Shown in pieces: positions 29,240 through 39,602 of a stretch of 64,000 bases of DNA. Numbering within the stretch: position 1 is the first letter of the stretch; each line of letters begins with the position of its first letter. Source of the DNA: a virus; the IMG/VR virus record IMGVR_UViG_3300047476_000704, positions 130,857-194,856 of that record; one strand, written 5' to 3'. Made by a program: the position numbers and the translations under genes. The notes beneath the pieces were generated by a model. The model saw only the letters and a program-made list of their open reading frames with translations. It ran no database searches and was not told where the DNA came from.

Positions 29240-31254
29240 TATAGTGCTCTTCCTTTAATATCTTGCGTTGGGTATTTAACTTCAAAAACAGCTGGGTCTA
29301 ATGATGGGTATATTATTTTGTTTCTAGTTGCCTCTTTAATATTATATGCATATGTAGAGTAATTACTACCTTGCAAATTTATAACATCAACATTTTGTAC
29401 AGATGAAACACCCTCTATATTTGCTATTTCTAATTCAATTTCACTTAAATTTATAGGTTCGTTAATCTTCCATTTGGTAATATCAAAATAATTAATCAGT
29501 GCTTGATTTGCTTTTAGTAAAACTTCACGTTTATTGTAGTTAGCAAATACTGTTATTTCATAATTTACACCAATGTTAATAACAAATCCATCTAACATAT
29601 TAACCGCATCTGTCAACATTCGGTATTCTTCTAAATATGTTTTAAGATTTTGCTTAACCGCATCATTTAACACTGTTAAATTACCATTTGAATTATATCC
29701 TAATAGATACATATTAATTGCAAATGGATTATTAAATTCGGCATTTATAGATTTTTGTTGTAAAATATACCTTTCAATTTGGTCACCAATTTCGGTATCA
29801 CTTTTACCAACAGAAGATTTTACTAAATTTAAAAATTGTTGTTTAGCGGTATCATCTCTTAAAACAGCTTGAACTTTTGTATCATCCAATGCAGTATCTT
29901 GTGCTACAAATACCTTCGCTATACTACCAAATTGAGAATCCATTGCTAGAGCTCTAATTTCATAATCTCTGCTAGTTACTGCTCTATTTTGAGAAGCGTA
30001 ATTAGCAATAGCATTTTCTCTAATCTCATCAATGGTTTCTCCTCCACCCCCACCAACTGCCGGCTCCAAATTGGTAACCGCAACAGATGCTTTAGATTGA
30101 TTATAAACAGGATATGTTATTGGCGTATATTGTAATAAGTTTTCATCAAATTCAATCAAACTAATTTTTGTTAAATCGTTTGTTTGAACATTTGATGCAA
30201 CACCCCCACCAGACAAATAACTAACTATTATCGTTGTATTAGCTGGAGCTATACCATATGTAGATGTTTTTAAGAAATTTGATGGGTCAAATGTTTCTCC
30301 TAACTTATCTATCGAATTGTTCAAACCCAATCCAACATTTTTAGTAGATGGTATTAAAATTTCATCACTTGTATCTCCACTACCGCCGCCAAATCGCAAT
30401 TCAACTTCACCTGTGTTTAATATTTTTGTTGTAAATCTTCTTGGTGTACGAATTAATTTTAACAAATATGGTGTAGTTTCTCTATATTGAGCTAATGTAG
30501 GGTCATTTGATTCTACATTTGGTGTTTTTGTGTATATCATATCTTGAGCCAAATATGGAACTTCATAATATACTTTATTATCAATATCAACCACCTTTGT
30601 TACTGTAATAAATTTATCATCGCTGATTGTTATAGTTGGATTTTTTATAAAACTACCAAAAGTACTTGTTATAGTTTTAGTTTCGGCACTTATTGCTTTT
30701 ACTTTTTTTGCTAAAAGATATAAAGATGTTTCCGCTCCATTTGTTTGAAATACACTAACTTCTCTACCATTTGGGTCATTGAAATCAACATCATCGGTTG
30801 TAGTAAAAATCAAAGTATCATTCAATGTCGATTTAACCTGCATACCTTGTTTAATTTTCAATGCATAATTAAAATCCGGTTTGTTATTAACACCAATACC
30901 AACATTTGGAACTGTTTGATATACAGTTAATGTTGTAGTTGCTGGTTTTGATATTTTTGGTTTGTATCCTAAATTTTGAGCTTGAGTTAAAACATTGTTA
31001 TAATTTCCAGCTAAATTAATAAATGATTCTTTTAATTGAGCATCCGTATAATAAGATAAAACATCACCAACAAAAGCAGCTTGTTCTAAAAACATCATAC
31101 CGGGAGATGCGGTATTAAAATCATTAAATGTATCAGAATAGTATGTTTTAGTAAACTCTACTAAAGCCGCTCGAAGTGAGGCAAAATCTCTATTTAGATA
31201 TTTTACATCTCTATTATTTTTACCCCAGTTTTTTTCGGTAGGAAGAAGTGCCAT
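29239..31254 (-). CDS. baseplate wedge protein (T4 gp6/baseplate J-like)
   Basis: YLNRDFASLRAAL; GGGGETIDEIRENA..QNRAVTSRDY. Confidence 0.88.
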   Translation of the reverse strand: MALLPTEKNWGKNNRDVKYLNRDFASLRAALVEFTKTYYSDTFNDFNTASPGMMFLEQAAFVGDVLSYYTDAQLKESFINLAGNYNNVLTQAQNLGYKPKISKPATTTLTVYQTVPNVGIGVNNKPDFNYALKIKQGMQVKSTLNDTLIFTTTDDVDFNDPNGREVSVFQTNGAETSLYLLAKKVKAISAETKTITSTFGSFIKNPTITISDDKFITVTKVVDIDNKVYYEVPYLAQDMIYTKTPNVESNDPTLAQYRETTPYLLKLIRTPRRFTTKILNTGEVELRFGGGSGDTSDEILIPSTKNVGLGLNNSIDKLGETFDPSNFLKTSTYGIAPANTTIIVSYLSGGGVASNVQTNDLTKISLIEFDENLLQYTPITYPVYNQSKASVAVTNLEPAVGGGGGETIDEIRENAIANYASQNRAVTSRDYEIRALAMDSQFGSIAKVFVAQDTALDDTKVQAVLRDDTAKQQFLNLVKSSVGKSDTEIGDQIERYILQQKSINAEFNNPFAINMYLLGYNSNGNLTVLNDAVKQNLKTYLEEYRMLTDAVNMLDGFVINIGVNYEITVFANYNKREVLLKANQALINYFDITKWKINEPINLSEIELEIANIEGVSSVQNVDVINLQGSNYSTYAYNIKEATRNKIIYPSLDPAVFEVKYPTQDIKGRAL

Positions 31255-31255
31255 A

Positions 31256-31678
31256 TTATACTCTTATATTTATTGAATCTCTTGAAATATCACCAGCAAA
31301 TGTGGTTGTATAATTTAATTGAACATCTATTCTATTATTATCTCTCGATTCGTTATCGGATATTATATCAATGCTATTTACTGTAATGAATGGTAACCAA
31401 GTAGAAATTGAATTTTGTATTTCATTTTGAATGTATGCATATGCATCGGGCCCATCTTGTTCAAATATAACTCGTCTCAAATCACATCCAAAATCAGGTA
31501 CCCCCAACCTTTCTCCTCTATTTGTTAAAATTAAATTCCTTAAATCCGATTTTATTTGTTCTTTTGTTGTATAATTTACAGCAAAATACCCATTATTACC
31601 TCTGGTCATACAATCGGATACCCCAATACTTTTGTCTTGGGTATCTATAATCAATTTTTTGGTTACACGATATGCCAT
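31256..31678 (-). CDS. baseplate wedge subunit (gp25/GPW-like)
   Basis: NLILTNRGERLGVPDFGCDLRRVIFEQ..WLPFITV. Confidence 0.9.
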   Translation of the reverse strand: MAYRVTKKLIIDTQDKSIGVSDCMTRGNNGYFAVNYTTKEQIKSDLRNLILTNRGERLGVPDFGCDLRRVIFEQDGPDAYAYIQNEIQNSISTWLPFITVNSIDIISDNESRDNNRIDVQLNYTTTFAGDISRDSINIRV

Positions 31679-32109
31679 TATTTTTTAAACTTCTTAACTA
31701 ATTGTGAGTAATCTCTGGTCATTGCTTTCATTAATACATCAACTCCCTCTGGATTTTTATGTGCCATCATTCTTGCTTGCTCTAATACAGATGGTCCACC
31801 GGCCGAAGCACCAAATTGGTCTGCCATATTTGATTCTTCACCAAATGAGTTATCTCCGTATCCTAACATATCCGGTGTAATTCTTGGTGTATGTGGATTT
31901 GCATGTCTCTTATCAAATCTCATTTCACCCCAGCTACCATCTGTTTTGGATACTGATTGGTAATTTTCTTTTATTTGTGGTTTAGATGGTGCTTCTAATT
32001 CTTCATTTAACACCTCACGTACCGCTTTGCGTATTTCTTCTTTAAGAGTTTTTTTCATATCTTCTCTTAAAACTTTTACTAAACCTTTAATTAGTTCTGT
32101 TTGATTCAT
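31678..32109 (-). CDS. hypothetical protein
   Basis: 143-aa ORF; late motif at 32131. Confidence 0.6.
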   Translation of the reverse strand: MNQTELIKGLVKVLREDMKKTLKEEIRKAVREVLNEELEAPSKPQIKENYQSVSKTDGSWGEMRFDKRHANPHTPRITPDMLGYGDNSFGEESNMADQFGASAGGPSVLEQARMMAHKNPEGVDVLMKAMTRDYSQLVKKFKK

Positions 32110-32178
32110 AATAAATTGTAGTTTATCTTATATAAATATATGTTTAGGGGATTTTGAGTTTTATATGAAATATATCTC

Positions 32179-33600
32179 CTATTCTCCAATTGATATGTGC
32201 ATTGGGTCATTATTACTTAACCAAGTACATCCATTTTTCACAAAAATATCAACAACTTTTTTAAAACCTATATCGTTGGCATTCAAATCTCTTATTTTTC
32301 TATTTCCCATATAAATACCACTATTTGTATATCTACTACCAAACGGATATGATGCATAATCTGCTATATCCATTGCTAACCCCCACGCGTGATTTGAAAG
32401 TCTAGTACCATTTGTAACACTTCTTACAACCAACCCACCTTGTGGATTTATAATATATTTTTCCAATCCTTTTTGTTTTATTTCAGAAATTGAACGATTT
32501 ACAATTGATGCAAAATCTTTATGAAGTATGACATTCAATGGACCTGTTGAAGTTGGTATTTTAACTTTTACACAGTTTTTATTAATATATTTTTGATTTA
32601 CTTCATACCAAATTTGATTACGTGTTTTACTTGAAATAATAAAATTTGGATAATTACCTTTCGCAGGCCATTCACCATTTCCATATTCATCATATAATAC
32701 TCTATCTTTATCAGAACCACTACTTGCGGATATTTTTTGTTTTTTACTATTTGTAGCAGATGCATCAAAGTTTGTACCAATGTATACTTGATTTGGATAT
32801 GATTTTTCGTAAATCTCTATTGCTTTTTTAGATGCAATAGAATCTGCTAATTTTTGTTCAAAAGCAGCAATTTCACTTTGTATTTCTTGAAGCTCTTTAT
32901 CAATATCAGGATTTGGATTTGTATATAGTTCTTCATCAATTGCCGCTCTTCTTTTAAGTAATTCTTCATATCTTGCTTGCTTTTCGGCAGAAATATTATT
33001 TGGGTTAGATGCCGAAAGTGATGATGATTCTGTTTTTGCTGGGTCAACTGTAAATCCAGTCCAAAGTAATACGGCTGGTCCTGGTGAAGCAGGTGGTGGA
33101 TATTGTGAAATAGTATTACAAATACCGCTTATGGTTTGTAAATGTAGTGTACCTAATAATATAAACCCATCTATAAATGGGTCTGTTGAATTACTAGGTA
33201 ATAATGGTAGTGGTGTTGCCGGCCATACTCCAGGATTTGTTACTGTATTTGAAACTACTGATAAATTTAATACTGTACCTGGTGCTGGAACTATTGGTGG
33301 ATTTTTACTTAATTCTGCGCCTGTCCAATATGCAACCGCACCCTTTCCCAATAAACCAAATGATTTACTATAAAATAATTCAGTTTTACTCTGATTACCG
33401 GTTGTTAATGCTATTATTATAGTAGAACGCATTAAATCGGTATTACCTTTTATAACTGTATTCTGTGTGATATTATCAATACCACGCTTCATACATTCAT
33501 CATATTTTTTTGTAAAGAAATCGGCAAAATCGGATACATCATTCCACTTTGGGTTTGACATACTCAATTGTAATTCTTCCTTAAAAATACTCCAAGACAT
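32179..33600 (-). CDS. baseplate-associated protein with C-terminal M15-family peptidoglycan peptidase
   Basis: R..LSNHAWGLAMDI and DPMHI zinc-binding motifs. Confidence 0.75.
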   Translation of the reverse strand: MSWSIFKEELQLSMSNPKWNDVSDFADFFTKKYDECMKRGIDNITQNTVIKGNTDLMRSTIIIALTTGNQSKTELFYSKSFGLLGKGAVAYWTGAELSKNPPIVPAPGTVLNLSVVSNTVTNPGVWPATPLPLLPSNSTDPFIDGFILLGTLHLQTISGICNTISQYPPPASPGPAVLLWTGFTVDPAKTESSSLSASNPNNISAEKQARYEELLKRRAAIDEELYTNPNPDIDKELQEIQSEIAAFEQKLADSIASKKAIEIYEKSYPNQVYIGTNFDASATNSKKQKISASSGSDKDRVLYDEYGNGEWPAKGNYPNFIISSKTRNQIWYEVNQKYINKNCVKVKIPTSTGPLNVILHKDFASIVNRSISEIKQKGLEKYIINPQGGLVVRSVTNGTRLSNHAWGLAMDIADYASYPFGSRYTNSGIYMGNRKIRDLNANDIGFKKVVDIFVKNGCTWLSNNDPMHISIGE

Positions 33601-34886
33601 TATATTAAGTAATTAGTTTTGGATAAACACTCTTTTAACTTGTTTCCAATTTCATTAAATGGTGCTGGGTTTATTGGACCAGGTGCAGATGGCCCCGATG
33701 GTGTTGCTATTTGCATTTGAGTTATAGCATCCAAAAGTTTTGCCATTAGATTTACCAATTTGTTTCCTAAAATCATTTGTTGGTCTACCGTACCACTTCC
33801 TAAAAATATTTTTCCGTTTTCAACTTCAAAAACAATATCTTTAGCATTTTTTGCATTAAAAAATATATCACCAGTATGTGTAGTAAAATCAATAGTGCCA
33901 GTATCTATACTAACTATATTATTAGAAAATAGAGATATATTTTTATTTGAATACAAATACATACTATCAGCTTTACTTGATAATGTCAATCTATCACTAT
34001 TGATTACAATTTGGTCACCTTGTGCCGATGCTGGAAATTTATAAGAACTTTTTGCAAAATTTACAACTGGTTTATAACTTGTTATATACTTTCCGCTTGT
34101 TATGTGTATGGATGAACCATCATTATTTATATCTTCATCGACAATATCATATACTTTTTTAAGTCTATTATCAATTGATTCACCATTTCTTATTGTTATT
34201 GATGGGAAAAAATCACCATTTGTTCTACTATCATGCAAATAACCACTTAAACGAATTGAATTACCAAATCTTCCCTGTATTATATTATCACCTTCTTTTA
34301 ATGATAACTGATGTATTCTAACATCTCTTTTAAAATAATCACCTTGAAACCCCTTTTTTACAGTTTTTTTAGTTGCACCATTTGATTCTGTTGAATTTGC
34401 AATACCACTAGCTGCAACTTCATTTATTTGAGAAGAGTTTGTTTGCGAAATATCGCTTTCGTTTGATGTTTTTTTTGTTAAGGCTACTAATGTTTGATTG
34501 GTATTAAAATTTGGTGTATTACTATAATTAGTTAATGTATAATAAAATAAACCAGATATTTTTTGAACAAATACCATTTCACCAACCACCGGGACCATTT
34601 GGTTAGTTTTACTTAATGGATAAGCAATTGGTAGTTTATTTTCATTTATCTCTACGGCAGATGGAAACCTAAAACGAATAGCGCCATATATATTTCCATT
34701 TTTTGTGATATATTCATTTGTTGGATATTCTTCGTATAGTTTATCAATTGGATTTAATGTATTTTCTATAATATCATCAAATGATGTAATTACACTATGG
34801 ACGATAGCAGCAGTTTCGGATTGCTTTGTTCCATATGATGTTAGAGATGATGTAGAGGTATGTCCTCTATTATATTCAAAAGCCAT
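33600..34886 (-). CDS. gp5/VgrG-like baseplate hub-spike protein
   Basis: PVVGEMVFV OB-fold; EGDNIIQGRFGNSIRL; beta-helix-like repeats; C-terminal TPSGPS. Confidence 0.7.
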   Translation of the reverse strand: MAFEYNRGHTSTSSLTSYGTKQSETAAIVHSVITSFDDIIENTLNPIDKLYEEYPTNEYITKNGNIYGAIRFRFPSAVEINENKLPIAYPLSKTNQMVPVVGEMVFVQKISGLFYYTLTNYSNTPNFNTNQTLVALTKKTSNESDISQTNSSQINEVAASGIANSTESNGATKKTVKKGFQGDYFKRDVRIHQLSLKEGDNIIQGRFGNSIRLSGYLHDSRTNGDFFPSITIRNGESIDNRLKKVYDIVDEDINNDGSSIHITSGKYITSYKPVVNFAKSSYKFPASAQGDQIVINSDRLTLSSKADSMYLYSNKNISLFSNNIVSIDTGTIDFTTHTGDIFFNAKNAKDIVFEVENGKIFLGSGTVDQQMILGNKLVNLMAKLLDAITQMQIATPSGPSAPGPINPAPFNEIGNKLKECLSKTNYLI

Positions 34887-34887
34887 T

Positions 34888-35304
34888 TTACTTTATCCCT
34901 CTTCTTAAATTTTCTAATTCTTCTTCTATTTCCTCTAACTTTTCATCAGTCTTTTGCTCAATCTTCAACGCAGTATCTTCAACTTCTGCCATCAACTCTT
35001 TTCTTTCTTCTTCACTCATAAATCCAACTTCACCAGCGCTTTTACCTTCCGCAAGAATCAATCGTTGAGCAATAGTTGCCATCTTAACTAAATGGTCATC
35101 ATTACTAATTGATGAATTGATTAACGCTGTAATCATTGGTGTCAATTGTATAGCATCTTGTGGATTACGAATCAATTTCCGTAGTTCCTCAATAAGACCT
35201 GAAATGTTTTTCTTTTTACCTTGCTGGTTTTCGTATATATCTTTTAATAGGGAAGAAAATGATTTTCCCTTAAAGATTTCAAAATCCATATCAATATTAC
35301 CCAT
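34888..35304 (-). CDS. helical hypothetical protein (start moved to 35304, downstream of late motif)
   Basis: Track start 35361 overlaps a terminator and the late motif. Confidence 0.55.
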   Translation of the reverse strand: MGNIDMDFEIFKGKSFSSLLKDIYENQQGKKKNISGLIEELRKLIRNPQDAIQLTPMITALINSSISNDDHLVKMATIAQRLILAEGKSAGEVGFMSEEERKELMAEVEDTALKIEQKTDEKLEEIEEELENLRRGIK

Positions 35305-35339
35305 AATAACTCTTTGTTTAGTATAAATATTAGACATAG

Positions 35340-35364
35340 AAAAAAGGTGGTATAAGACCACCTT
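35340..35364 (-). terminator. intrinsic terminator after sigma factor
   Basis: AAGGTGG/CCACCTT stem plus T-run. Confidence 0.7.
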
Positions 35365-35368
35365 CTAA

Positions 35369-36097
35369 CTATCGCTTAATTGTTTTTGCCCAAAATGGGT
35401 CTCTTTCATCGTCCATTATATCACCTTCATCCAAAAATTGGTCATATAATCTAACTTGCGTTTCTTTCATTTTGGCCACAACCTTTGTAATGTAATGCGT
35501 TTTGTGACCAGTCATTTCCCTAACTAAAAGATATAATGATTTTTTATTGAAACTTTCAATATATTCTGCTCTACGAAATAACTCTAAAATAGAATCTGCA
35601 ATTTGAATATCTCTTTTCTTTGTAAAAATACGATTTAAATTCTCATCCCAATATTCGAGCATTCTATCGTTAAAGATTTTGAACTCTTCATTGTGAGTTG
35701 TTTCTTTGAAATCATTTTCAGGATTCCAATTCTCTGGCATCTCTGAAATCTTTGATGTACTTTTGTATCTTTTGTAATTAGAATTGTTATTTAAGATTAA
35801 ATAGTTTCTAACTGCAATTGTAAAGTATGAGAATGCTTTTCCTTTATCTTGTTGGTATTTGTGAATTTTTTCCAATAAGAAAGAAATGACTTCTTGTTTC
35901 GTATCTTCTTTATCATCATCAAAGTAAGTAAACTTCCAAGTGTTTAAAACATTCTCCGCTAACTTATAAAAAGAATAGTAGATGTGGTCTCTAAACAATC
36001 GGTTTCGTTCTCTTTCATCCGTTGAGTTATTATAAGCAATGATGGCTGCTTCCGTTTCTTCCGTAAAGTAACGGGTATCTTTTTTCTTCCTTCCCAC
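35369..36097 (-). CDS. phage RNA polymerase sigma factor (T4 gp55-like, probable late sigma)
   Basis: Region-2-like ED..QE...FLLEKIHKY..DKGKAFSYFT..VRNYL. Confidence 0.75.
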   Translation of the reverse strand: MGRKKKDTRYFTEETEAAIIAYNNSTDERERNRLFRDHIYYSFYKLAENVLNTWKFTYFDDDKEDTKQEVISFLLEKIHKYQQDKGKAFSYFTIAVRNYLILNNNSNYKRYKSTSKISEMPENWNPENDFKETTHNEEFKIFNDRMLEYWDENLNRIFTKKRDIQIADSILELFRRAEYIESFNKKSLYLLVREMTGHKTHYITKVVAKMKETQVRLYDQFLDEGDIMDDERDPFWAKTIKR

Positions 36098-36369
36098 TAT
36101 TCCTCCTCTTTTTTACCAAACTCCGAATTTAATAGTTGTTCGTTTCTCTCTACTATTTCTTTCAAATCTGCAAATACAGAACCTACTTCATCATCGGATT
36201 CAAATGCTCCTGTGGAATCTATCTCTTTCATAGTAGTATAAATTCCTCTGAATATGTTTAAATTGCTTTCAATCTCATCTTCCAAAACTTCCAACTTACG
36301 AAATAAGTTATAGTTCACATATATAGAACAAATTAGAAGCGAAGATATTATAAATGTAGTTACTATCAT
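36097..36369 (-). CDS. small membrane-anchored coiled-coil protein
   Basis: Hydrophobic N-terminus, then heptads. Confidence 0.55.
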   Translation of the reverse strand: MIVTTFIISSLLICSIYVNYNLFRKLEVLEDEIESNLNIFRGIYTTMKEIDSTGAFESDDEVGSVFADLKEIVERNEQLLNSEFGKKEEE

Positions 36370-36371
36370 AA

Positions 36372-36989
36372 TTAAATTACTTCATATCCCATTTGTAGGT
36401 ACTCTTGAACTTTCTTTTTCTTAACCATTTCCGTTTTACCTTGTGGGGATTTTAACATTAACTTTTCATTTCTACCCAAAGTTTCGTAAGCAGTTTTGTG
36501 AACAGTTGTTGTATATTGTCTATCACGAATAGTTAAACCATTTAAATGGTCAATCTCATGCTGAACACAAATTGCTTCTAACAAATCAACATCATCCATT
36601 AACTCATAACCATCTTTGTATTCTCTACGATGTGTACCAAAGTGTAACTCTTCCGAATAGTTATCAGCTTTAATAGTAACCTCATAGTTACGAATTGTTT
36701 TTAATGGTTTTTCTAATGTTTTTGGAATAGATAAACAACCTTCTAAATAGATTACAGTATCCTCACTACTTTTAACAATAGTTGGATTAACCAAAATCAT
36801 AGGTTCTTCTCTTACATTGATTACACAAATTCTTTTATTTAATCCAATTTGGTTAGCACTCATACCTAAACACTTATGTTCTGCGATAGCAGTTAAAAGT
36901 GCAGCAGATGCTAACTCTTGTTCAATCTTACTAAATTTAGTATTAGCGATTGGTTGTTTTAACGCATGAATATCTGTTACTAATTTCAT
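36372..36989 (-). CDS. def: peptide deformylase
   Basis: GMSANQIG, EGCLSIP, QHEIDHLNG. Confidence 0.95.
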   Translation of the reverse strand: MKLVTDIHALKQPIANTKFSKIEQELASAALLTAIAEHKCLGMSANQIGLNKRICVINVREEPMILVNPTIVKSSEDTVIYLEGCLSIPKTLEKPLKTIRNYEVTIKADNYSEELHFGTHRREYKDGYELMDDVDLLEAICVQHEIDHLNGLTIRDRQYTTTVHKTAYETLGRNEKLMLKSPQGKTEMVKKKKVQEYLQMGYEVI

Positions 36990-37014
36990 TTCTTTTATTT
37001 TTTATTTACTTTTA

Positions 37015-37046
37015 CAAATATACAACTTTTAATTGGGTTTACCAAA
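37015..37046 (-). promoter_or_regulatory. Bacteroidota-type promoter (def)
   Basis: TTTG-N20-TATATTTG. Confidence 0.75.
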
Positions 37047-37060
37047 TAATTGTTAGGTTT

Positions 37061-37711
37061 TTAATAATCATAGTGAGAGTGTCTATCTCTGAACAATGCA
37101 AAATCAATCATTCTTTCTCGTTTTATTTTATCTTGCAAACCTTTTTCGTTTATATGTTCCCAAAAGTTTTGCTCACTCCTATCTATAAATTGAGAATGTA
37201 AATGTTTGTTGTAGTAATTTGTAAACAAATCAGAATAAACCTTTACATAGTTTTCATAACTACTTATTCCCCAACTATCATCCCACATATGTGAACCAGC
37301 CCAAGCTGCTTCTGATACATAAATGAAATCTTTATCTAATTGTGTAAAATCTATTTTGTGTCTGAAAAATATATCGTATCTAGTTCTAATAACAAAATCA
37401 TAGTGTGTATTAGTTTCATCTACATATTCTTTTAGAACATCACATCCACCTTGCGTTGAATACCACATTGGTGCATTGTTTTGGAATTTAGGTAAACCCG
37501 TTTTGCCAATGTAATAATCTTCAAAGTTGTTTTGTGGTTCAACTTTTACTCTCTTAAAATCATAACAATCAAAACACTCTGTTATTACACCACTATGCCA
37601 AATATGCCCAAATACATCAACATCGTTTCCATCCAATATATTTTGTTGGAATGAATTAAAGTTTTCTTTTACATGCCGAGGTTGGCCATAAAATACTAAT
37701 GCTATTTTCAT
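37061..37711 (-). CDS. putative glycosyltransferase-like protein
   Basis: KIALVFYGQPR..YDFVIRTRYD, the pattern of LPS/capsule-locus proteins. Confidence 0.5.
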   Translation of the reverse strand: MKIALVFYGQPRHVKENFNSFQQNILDGNDVDVFGHIWHSGVITECFDCYDFKRVKVEPQNNFEDYYIGKTGLPKFQNNAPMWYSTQGGCDVLKEYVDETNTHYDFVIRTRYDIFFRHKIDFTQLDKDFIYVSEAAWAGSHMWDDSWGISSYENYVKVYSDLFTNYYNKHLHSQFIDRSEQNFWEHINEKGLQDKIKRERMIDFALFRDRHSHYDY

Positions 37712-38142
37712 TTGTAATTATTTATATAATCTGAACATACACCTATACACTCCGAAATACTTTCGTTATGGATTTCAGGCATTACTGCAATACTACCAAC
37801 TATTGGTTGTTTACCCGAATGAACCCACATATAGTTTTTTGATGTTAAAACCATAGTATCGTTTTCATGCCAAAAGTAATTAAATAACCCCATCATATTA
37901 AACCACTCTATTGCTTCAACATTTTTACAATGTATCCACAATTTTTCATAACGAGTGCTTAACCAATTCCATATAACTTTATATTGGGGTTCATCGTGAC
38001 CTAAATAAAATTCATTATCAATCATCCACACATCAATTTCCACATCGAATCCAGCGTTAATTGCTTCATCAATGTAATCTGGATGATTTTCGTTGTTGGG
38101 TATTCTACCAGTTAGATTTCCTCTATGAGATATGAGTATCAT
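37708..38142 (-). CDS. PLC-like/glycerophosphodiester phosphodiesterase-fold protein
   Basis: ISHRGN..GFDVEIDVW..LGHD..WIHCKN. Confidence 0.7.
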   Translation of the reverse strand: MILISHRGNLTGRIPNNENHPDYIDEAINAGFDVEIDVWMIDNEFYLGHDEPQYKVIWNWLSTRYEKLWIHCKNVEAIEWFNMMGLFNYFWHENDTMVLTSKNYMWVHSGKQPIVGSIAVMPEIHNESISECIGVCSDYINNYK

Positions 38143-38455
38143 AATGTTTATCGTTTTTAGTTGCTGGGTCTTTGATTACTAATAAGATTGTATCCTCCGA
38201 ATAAGTTACATAGCTCTTATCACCTCTCTCATACACAAATATATCGCCACTAACCAATTCCTTTCCATCTACAACTGCTTTACCTGATAAAACTATATTG
38301 TATTCGGTATGGTTTAGGTGATAGTGCCCATCACCTCCCTCGCCTGCTTTTAGAAACAAAACACCAACATCGTTGGTTTCGGTTTGAAACAAAGAAGGTT
38401 GGAAATTACCAACCAACCAACCTCCCTTAAAGTTTTTTATATTATCAATTTTCAT
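38123..38455 (-). CDS. cupin-domain protein
   Basis: GW.VGNF..HYHLNHTEYNIVLSG..GDIF. Confidence 0.8.
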   Translation of the reverse strand: MKIDNIKNFKGGWLVGNFQPSLFQTETNDVGVLFLKAGEGGDGHYHLNHTEYNIVLSGKAVVDGKELVSGDIFVYERGDKSYVTYSEDTILLVIKDPATKNDKHYDTHIS

Positions 38456-39602
38456 TTAATCTCTGAACTCTGTTTATATGTCTACCACCATCAAATGTAT
38501 TATTTTGTATTTTATCAATACACTTTTCCATTAAATCTTTATCTATATTCTTTTCGGAAAATGCAAATACATTTGAACATCCGTGTCTAACTGCCATCTC
38601 TGCCGTCCACTCATCTGAAATTAGGGATGAACGAATACCTTTTTGTTTATTTGCTGCCATATTAACACCCTGTCCACTTCTGCAAAATACAAATCCAAAA
38701 TCACAATATTTGTCTTGAATAAATTGAGTAACTGATTTTACATAATCGTTGTAATCACAATCTTTCTTTACATAAGTTCCAAAGTCAATATACTTCAATC
38801 CTTTCTCATCTAATATTTGTTTTGTAATTTCTTTTAACTCAAAGCCAGAATGGTCTGAACATAAACCGATTGGCTTTTCACCAAACTTTTTGTTTACATG
38901 ATTTTTGAAAAAGTTTAGTTCATTTGGTGTACCCATTAGATACATCTTTTCAACTTGCTTTGTTCTAACCTTTAATCCATCTTCAATCATTAAGTTATAC
39001 AAAGGGCAAACATAGAACTCATTATTAGTTCGTAAGTTTTTATCAATCATTTTCTCCGCATACTTTACAAATATACTACCCTCTTTGAAATAGTAAATAC
39101 CAACTGCTGCGTTTTCACTTATCACTTCCTTTTCAGCAGTTCTCAACACCAATCCGTTATCATCCAACTCTGCGTATGAATATGCTGGATTGTTTGCCTT
39201 AAATGTTAAAATAAATCCATCAGAGTCTTTATCAACATCATTTATACTAAATTTGTTTTGAAAATGAACATCCAATGTGTAGATAACCAATTCTTGTTCG
39301 TTATTGATAAAATCTTTTGCCAATAAGCAAGATGCTACTGTACCACTTGTTATTTTATCCGTTTCAACTATTTTAATATCCTCACCAAATTTATTTCTTA
39401 AAATGGTATCCATTCCAAAGTTGTAAACATGCTCCTTACGAACAACAAATACCATATCGTATTCATCTTTGTTGATTGATAAAAAAGACCAATCAATAAT
39501 GTGTTTATCGTCCACCATAATAAGTGGCTTTGGCATGTGGAAACCATCATCCACAAATCTCTGTCCTTTTCCTGCAATTGGTACTAATAATATTGGTTTC
39601 AT
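38445..39602 (-). CDS. sugar-phosphate nucleotidyltransferase fused to RpiB/LacAB-family isomerase
   Basis: PIAGKGQRF..PKPLI..EK..AAVGIYYF..EFYV..YN; C-terminal SDHSGFELK..DY..CRSGQG..AANK..GIR..NV..FDGGRH..RV. Confidence 0.88.
   Translation of the reverse strand: MKPILLVPIAGKGQRFVDDGFHMPKPLIMVDDKHIIDWSFLSINKDEYDMVFVVRKEHVYNFGMDTILRNKFGEDIKIVETDKITSGTVASCLLAKDFINNEQELVIYTLDVHFQNKFSINDVDKDSDGFILTFKANNPAYSYAELDDNGLVLRTAEKEVISENAAVGIYYFKEGSIFVKYAEKMIDKNLRTNNEFYVCPLYNLMIEDGLKVRTKQVEKMYLMGTPNELNFFKNHVNKKFGEKPIGLCSDHSGFELKEITKQILDEKGLKYIDFGTYVKKDCDYNDYVKSVTQFIQDKYCDFGFVFCRSGQGVNMAANKQKGIRSSLISDEWTAEMAVRHGCSNVFAFSEKNIDKDLMEKCIDKIQNNTFDGGRHINRVQRLNEN

Noticed and set aside
34888-35304. Possible terminase small subunit
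   Set aside because: Only helical/coiled-coil character and a late motif support it; there is no diagnostic motif and it is far from terL
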